From the NCBI GenBank assembly GCA_965238175.1, contig CBDEGZ010000003.1:736001-800000 (forward strand): DNA of 64,000 nucleotides. The letters are read 5' to 3'. Below the pieces are notes generated by a model that made no database searches, had not been told where the DNA came from, and saw nothing but the letters and a program-made list of their open reading frames with translations. How positions within the stretch are numbered: position 1 is the first letter of the stretch; every line of letters starts with the position of its first letter. This stretch comes from Gammaproteobacteria bacterium. Lineage in GTDB: Bacteria; Pseudomonadota; Gammaproteobacteria; CAJXQU01. Positions 59,508 through 64,000 of this stretch are shown piece by piece. The position numbers and the translations under genes are program-made.

Positions 59508-60683
59508 TCAAATATAGGTCGCAACATCGATTTTGTATTTTGATGGGGCAATTGTCTGCATTACCTTTTCTTGTTTTTTTTCTAACAGGTTGAGTTCGTA
59601 TTCAGAGACATAAGAGCGTTGTTTCGCATCAAAAATAATTTTAAGGATCGGTCTTAGTAGATTTTCACATTGTTCTGTTACTAAACCAACCTTGCCTGAT
59701 TCCAGTTCTACCAGTGAGCCGACGGGATAGATGCCCAGTATCTTTATGAATTTTCTCATCAGAGCTTCATCCAGTTGACCAGGGCACCAATTGAGCATGG
59801 TCTTTAGTGCGACGGTAGGTTCCCAAGCCTCTTTATAGACGCGTACGGACGTGAGTGCATCATAGATATCGACGATAGCGGACATTTTACCAACCTCAGA
59901 GAGTTCCGAGTCTTTGAGTCCAAGCGGATAGCCTTTTCCATCGGGGCGTTCGTGGTGCATAGTAATGACATCTAACGCATTTTGCGGTAGGTCGTAGTCT
60001 TTAAGTAACTCGTTTTGCTCATCTATGGCGTGTTGACGCATGATAACAAACTCATCGTCAGTCAGTTTACCTGGTTTATTGAGAATTTTATTCGGGGTGA
60101 GCGCCTTGCCGATATCATGCAGGAGACCTCCTAATGCAATTTGATCGATATCTTCTGGACTATAATCTAACCCTTTGGCAAAGGCAGCCACTAGTGCTGA
60201 GACGCTAACACTGTGTATATAAGTATATTCATCTTTGGTTTTCAGGCGTGTAACACCCAGCAATGTATGGGTATCTTTGGACAACATGCGAGTGATGCTG
60301 GAAGCAACTTCGCGGGTGATTTCTAAGTCTATCTGTTTCCCCACTTTGGTTTCATTCATGAAGCCTACAACGACATTACTTGCATTTTTAACTAGATTTT
60401 TAGCCTCCAATACCCTTTTTTCAAGGCTAGGCTCCGGGTCAGAAATAACGGTTTGTACTACTTGCTCAGATACTGGCATTTCAGCTTCTTGTTGTATTAC
60501 ATCTTTTCCTTTCTCCGTATCGATAGAGATGAGTTTAATTTTTGCGTCAACAATTTTCTTTAATTCATTTCCATTGTTTATTAGGAACTTATTCCTCATA
60601 AACGGGTGTTCTGTCCAGCTGCAATGTAATTTATGCACGAACATTCCTATACACAGCTGAGAGGAGTTGATTTCCTTGATCAC
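59508..60683 (-). CDS. HD-GYP c-di-GMP phosphodiesterase with DUF3391-like N-terminus
   Basis: YTYIHSVSV, LLHDIGK, HHERPDGKGYP, D.YDALTS.RVYK. Confidence 0.93.
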   Translation of the reverse strand: MIKEINSSQLCIGMFVHKLHCSWTEHPFMRNKFLINNGNELKKIVDAKIKLISIDTEKGKDVIQQEAEMPVSEQVVQTVISDPEPSLEKRVLEAKNLVKNASNVVVGFMNETKVGKQIDLEITREVASSITRMLSKDTHTLLGVTRLKTKDEYTYIHSVSVSALVAAFAKGLDYSPEDIDQIALGGLLHDIGKALTPNKILNKPGKLTDDEFVIMRQHAIDEQNELLKDYDLPQNALDVITMHHERPDGKGYPLGLKDSELSEVGKMSAIVDIYDALTSVRVYKEAWEPTVALKTMLNWCPGQLDEALMRKFIKILGIYPVGSLVELESGKVGLVTEQCENLLRPILKIIFDAKQRSYVSEYELNLLEKKQEKVMQTIAPSKYKIDVATYI

Positions 60684-60880
60684 GTTCTTAATAATGTCCT
60701 ACTGAAGGCTTATGCCTGTTTTATCGTCAGAAAGTCGTAAAAGCTTAACTGGTAAAGCAGGAGTTATAAAAAATAGGCCGTTTCTACATCAATGCCTGCC
60801 ACTTAACTTATTAAAAAACGAGCTTTTTATTAATACGCGATAGTTAAGGTGATGTAGAGGTTGTAGGTTAACGGCAGAAA

Positions 60881-61330
60881 TCACTCTTCTTTATTCTTCC
60901 AAAACTCACCTTCTATCGTTTTAGATTCTGTTTGGGTTTGTGTCTGTGTCTGAGTTCCACTTGTATGAATTACGGTGAATTTTTTGATTGATTTTTTGAT
61001 CAGAAATTGACGTACCATTGGGATTAAGCAAAGGAAACCAATAATGTCGGTGAAGAATCCTGGTGTCAGTAGTAATGCACCTGTCACTAATAAAATTAAG
61101 CCTTCGAGCATTTCCATTGCAGGAACTTCGTTTTTGTTTAAACTATTTTGTGCGCGGGTGAAGGTCGACAAGCCTTGTTTTCTAAGGAGGTGTGCACCAA
61201 GAACTGCGGTTCCAAAAACCAGTAAGATGGTGTACCCCGCACCGATGACCGTGCCGACCTGAATCAAGAAATAGATCTCAAGTACCGGGATGGTCAAGAA
61301 GGCAATAAATAAAACTGAAAAGAGCGACAT
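60881..61330 (-). CDS. fxsA: FxsA family membrane protein
   Basis: P.LEIY.LI.VG, LLLTPGFFTD.IG, TIEGEF. Confidence 0.93.
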   Translation of the reverse strand: MSLFSVLFIAFLTIPVLEIYFLIQVGTVIGAGYTILLVFGTAVLGAHLLRKQGLSTFTRAQNSLNKNEVPAMEMLEGLILLVTGALLLTPGFFTDIIGFLCLIPMVRQFLIKKSIKKFTVIHTSGTQTQTQTQTESKTIEGEFWKNKEE

Positions 61331-61427
61331 ATTTTCACCGAATAAAATACATGATTTCTATATGGCGACACCATAGCCTTTTTCAAGCTGTTGAGGCAAA
61401 CTGAGATCTTTGCTCAAAAGTTAGCTC

Positions 61428-61757
61428 ATGGCATTCATCGTTATTATGAATACTTGCCCAGATAAAAAAACGGCACAGAAAATTGCAAAGAATTTGATCG
61501 AAAATAAATTGGCCGCCTGCGTGAATATCCTGCCGAAGGGGTTATCGGTTTATCGTTGGCAGGGTAAGGTTGAATCTACGGAAGAAAATTTGTTGCTGAT
61601 AAAAACCCATCAAGATCAATTCTCGCAAGTGGAAACGGTGATACAGAGCCTTCATCCCTATGAACTACCGGAGATTATTGCTGTCCCTGTTACGTCGGGA
61701 TCTTCTGACTATCTCGGTTGGTTGAGCCAAAGTTTGGATCAAAATAGTGACAATTAA
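61428..61757 (+). CDS. cutA: Divalent-cation tolerance protein
   Basis: LAACVNI, S.YRWQG, HPYELPEI. Confidence 0.95.
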   Translation: MAFIVIMNTCPDKKTAQKIAKNLIENKLAACVNILPKGLSVYRWQGKVESTEENLLLIKTHQDQFSQVETVIQSLHPYELPEIIAVPVTSGSSDYLGWLSQSLDQNSDN

Positions 61758-61759
61758 TT

Positions 61760-63649
61760 ATGGTTATAAAAAAAATGATGTTTGATAGAGTTTCAAAGTT
61801 AGGGATCTGGTTTTTTATCATGCTGAGCTCAGCATCAGTTTCTGCTGGGTTGTTTTCGGATGATTTGGGTTTTGGTGGAAAACAGAAAAAATTCTTACCA
61901 CCGGAAGAGGCTTTCGTGGTTTCGGTCAGAGCCGATGAATCAACATCAAATACAGCCATTGTTAATTTTGACGTGCAGGAAGGTTATTACCTCTATAAAG
62001 ACAAATTTTCATTTACCACTTCGGATACAGGGGTTTCAGTAGACACAGTTGATCTACCTAAAGGTAAGGTTAAAGAAGACCCATTATTTGGAAAAGTAGA
62101 AGTTTATTATGGCCCGACTGCTATTCCTGTTCGTTTGACCCGCGAGAGTTCTGCGGCTCAAGAGATCAATATTAAAGCAGCTTATCAAGGTTGTGCAGAA
62201 GACGGAATTTGTTACCCGCCACTAAATAAAACATTCGCTGTTTCACTGGCGGCTACGAATGTTGATGCAAATAAAAGTACAGAAAATTCTGATCAGCTTG
62301 AACAGAAACAAGCAACCGCACCATCTGAAAATGATCCTGAATTATCCGAATCGGATAGCATTGCATCTTTACTTGCAGACAAGCCTTTATTGATCAGCCT
62401 TGCGTTATTTTTTGGTTTTGGATTGGCCCTTTCATTAACGCCATGTGTTTATCCTATGATCCCAATTCTGTCCGGGATTTTAGTCGGTCAAGGTGACAGC
62501 ATAACCACCAGAAAATCTTTTATGTTGGCTTTGAGTTACGTGCTCGGAATGGCCCTGACTTATGCGGTTGTTGGGGTTGTTGCTGGCGTTTTTGGACACA
62601 ACATACAAGCAATTTTTCAAAACCCATGGATACTCGCAACCTTTGCTGGTGTATTCGTACTGTTAGCACTTTCTATGTTTGGATTTTACGAGCTGCAACT
62701 TCCTTCAGCATTGCAAACACGACTTACAAAAATGAGCGATAGTCAGGAGCGCGGCACATTAACGGGTGCTGGTTTGATGGGCATTTTTTCTGCCATTATA
62801 GTTGGGCCTTGTGTTGCACCACCTTTGGCTGGGGCTCTAATTTATATCGGACAATCCGGGAATGGTTTTCTCGGTGGAATGGCTTTATTTGTGATGGGCT
62901 TAGGCATGGGGGTTCCTCTTCTTTTACTGGGTGCTTCTGCTGGAAAATTATTGCCAAAAGCGGGCGGTTGGATGAATGCGGTCAAACACGTTTTTGGTGT
63001 ATTAATGCTGGCCGTAGCAATATGGTTGTTAGAGAGAATTTTGCCGGCACAAGTAATACTTGCTCTTTGGGGGCTGTTATTGATCAGTTCGGCCGTTTAT
63101 ATGGGCGCGTTAGATACATTAACCGGCGTTGTTTCAGGCTGGAGACGGTTATGGAAATCACTTGGTATCGTCATGTTGATCTATGGTGCACTTTTGATCA
63201 TCGGTGCGGCTAGCGGTGCGAATGATGTTTTCCAACCACTGAAAGGCATGGCAGGATCCAAGAGTGTTGGGCAAAAACAGGACAAGCTGGAATTCATTAC
63301 TATTAAAGGTATGAAAGGGTTGAAAGCCGCTTTCTCCACCGCGCATGCACAAAATAAACCGGTGATGCTCGATTTCTACGCGGATTGGTGTATTGAATGT
63401 AAACGGATGGAGAAAAACACGTTTACCGACAAGCGTGTTCAGCAGCAACTTGAGAACGTTATGTTGTTAAAAGCAGATGTCACACCCAATGACGATGAAG
63501 ATCAAAATTTGTTAAAGTCGATGGGCTTAATTGGACCACCTGCGATATTATTTTTTACGCCTGATGGAACTGAAAAAAGAAAATTTAGAATTACGGGTTA
63601 TGCCGATCCAACAGCTTTCAATAATCATATACAAAGAGTTTTTAACTAG
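61760..63649 (+). CDS. dsbD: Thiol:disulfide interchange protein
   Basis: YQGCAEDGICYPP, TPCVYPMIP, GPCVAPPL, ADWCIECK. Confidence 0.96.
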   Translation: MVIKKMMFDRVSKLGIWFFIMLSSASVSAGLFSDDLGFGGKQKKFLPPEEAFVVSVRADESTSNTAIVNFDVQEGYYLYKDKFSFTTSDTGVSVDTVDLPKGKVKEDPLFGKVEVYYGPTAIPVRLTRESSAAQEINIKAAYQGCAEDGICYPPLNKTFAVSLAATNVDANKSTENSDQLEQKQATAPSENDPELSESDSIASLLADKPLLISLALFFGFGLALSLTPCVYPMIPILSGILVGQGDSITTRKSFMLALSYVLGMALTYAVVGVVAGVFGHNIQAIFQNPWILATFAGVFVLLALSMFGFYELQLPSALQTRLTKMSDSQERGTLTGAGLMGIFSAIIVGPCVAPPLAGALIYIGQSGNGFLGGMALFVMGLGMGVPLLLLGASAGKLLPKAGGWMNAVKHVFGVLMLAVAIWLLERILPAQVILALWGLLLISSAVYMGALDTLTGVVSGWRRLWKSLGIVMLIYGALLIIGAASGANDVFQPLKGMAGSKSVGQKQDKLEFITIKGMKGLKAAFSTAHAQNKPVMLDFYADWCIECKRMEKNTFTDKRVQQQLENVMLLKADVTPNDDEDQNLLKSMGLIGPPAILFFTPDGTEKRKFRITGYADPTAFNNHIQRVFN

Positions 63650-63685
63650 AAGCCCAAAAGGAAAACCGAAAGGAAAACAATAATA

Positions 63686-64000
63686 ATGAAAAAAATCCCA
63701 TTACCCATACTTCTATTTGGTTTAATGTTTCTTGCCGGTTATGCTGGATTTTTTGTTTTCCAAAATATGCACGATCCACAATCACAGCAACATGGATCTG
63801 GAGCAATGGTCGGCAGTGATATGTTGATGATCGGTTTGCCGCGGCCAGATTTTGAACTGAACGATATAGATGGCAATCCACGCAAGTTGTCAGAATGGGA
63901 CGGTAAAATTATCATTTTAAATTTCTGGGCAACCTGGTGCCCGCCGTGTAAGAAAGAATTACCCGCGTTTGTTGAATTACAAACACAATATGCCGATCAG
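63686..64000 (+). CDS. TlpA-family disulfide reductase (runs off right edge)
   Basis: Manual translation MKKIPLPILL...RPDFEL..IDG...LNFWATWCPPCKKELP. Confidence 0.9.
   Translation, partial: MKKIPLPILLFGLMFLAGYAGFFVFQNMHDPQSQQHGSGAMVGSDMLMIGLPRPDFELNDIDGNPRKLSEWDGKIIILNFWATWCPPCKKELPAFVELQTQYADQ

Noticed and set aside
59235-59511. ORFs 59235-59432 (+) and 59290-59511 (-)
   Set aside because: Explained as shadow or partial frames of the SDR pseudogene remnant.
60926-60955. TQTQTQT repeat in FxsA as a phase-variable tract
   Set aside because: Codons are degenerate (ACT/ACA/ACC, CAG/CAA) and in frame; an ordinary low-complexity linker.

Overview
Chromosomal window of a fairly AT-rich gammaproteobacterium, probably a sulfur oxidiser (fccAB; HprK and EIIA-Man within the rpoN operon). 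Most of it is housekeeping: leuS (partial), yigZ, qmcA-ybbJ, acetolactate synthase, an iorAB-mocA-xdhC molybdoenzyme cluster, the yrbG-kdsDC-lptCAB-rpoN-hpf-ptsN-hprK-rapZ-EIIA-HPr-EI operon, amgK-murU, a sigma54-driven pilin, sthA, xthA, ilvA, rpiA, fccAB, fxsA and cutA-dsbD-tlpA. The accessory region is about 9.6-21.5 kb. A ~560-bp direct repeat (DUF3592 3' end plus als 5' end) brackets an ~8-kb glycosylation island (2 methyltransferases, GT2, a class II GATase/WbuX-type fusion, GtrA, a GT-C-like membrane protein). The left repeat copy is split by a nested stack: an IS982-like MITE (TSD TATTTA) carrying an IS481 and an IS1111-type IS110 element. Best finding: the IS1111 element sits inside the MITE's terminal inverted repeat, and its downstream non-coding region contains readable target and donor guide segments matching that site and its own circle junction. 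It looks like an RNA-guided (bridge/seekRNA) recombinase programmed against the ends of another mobile element. Several ERIC-like MITEs, pseudogenes and a probably catalytically dead O-GlcNAc-transferase homologue were also noted. All alignments were done by eye and family names come from recognised motifs, not database searches.
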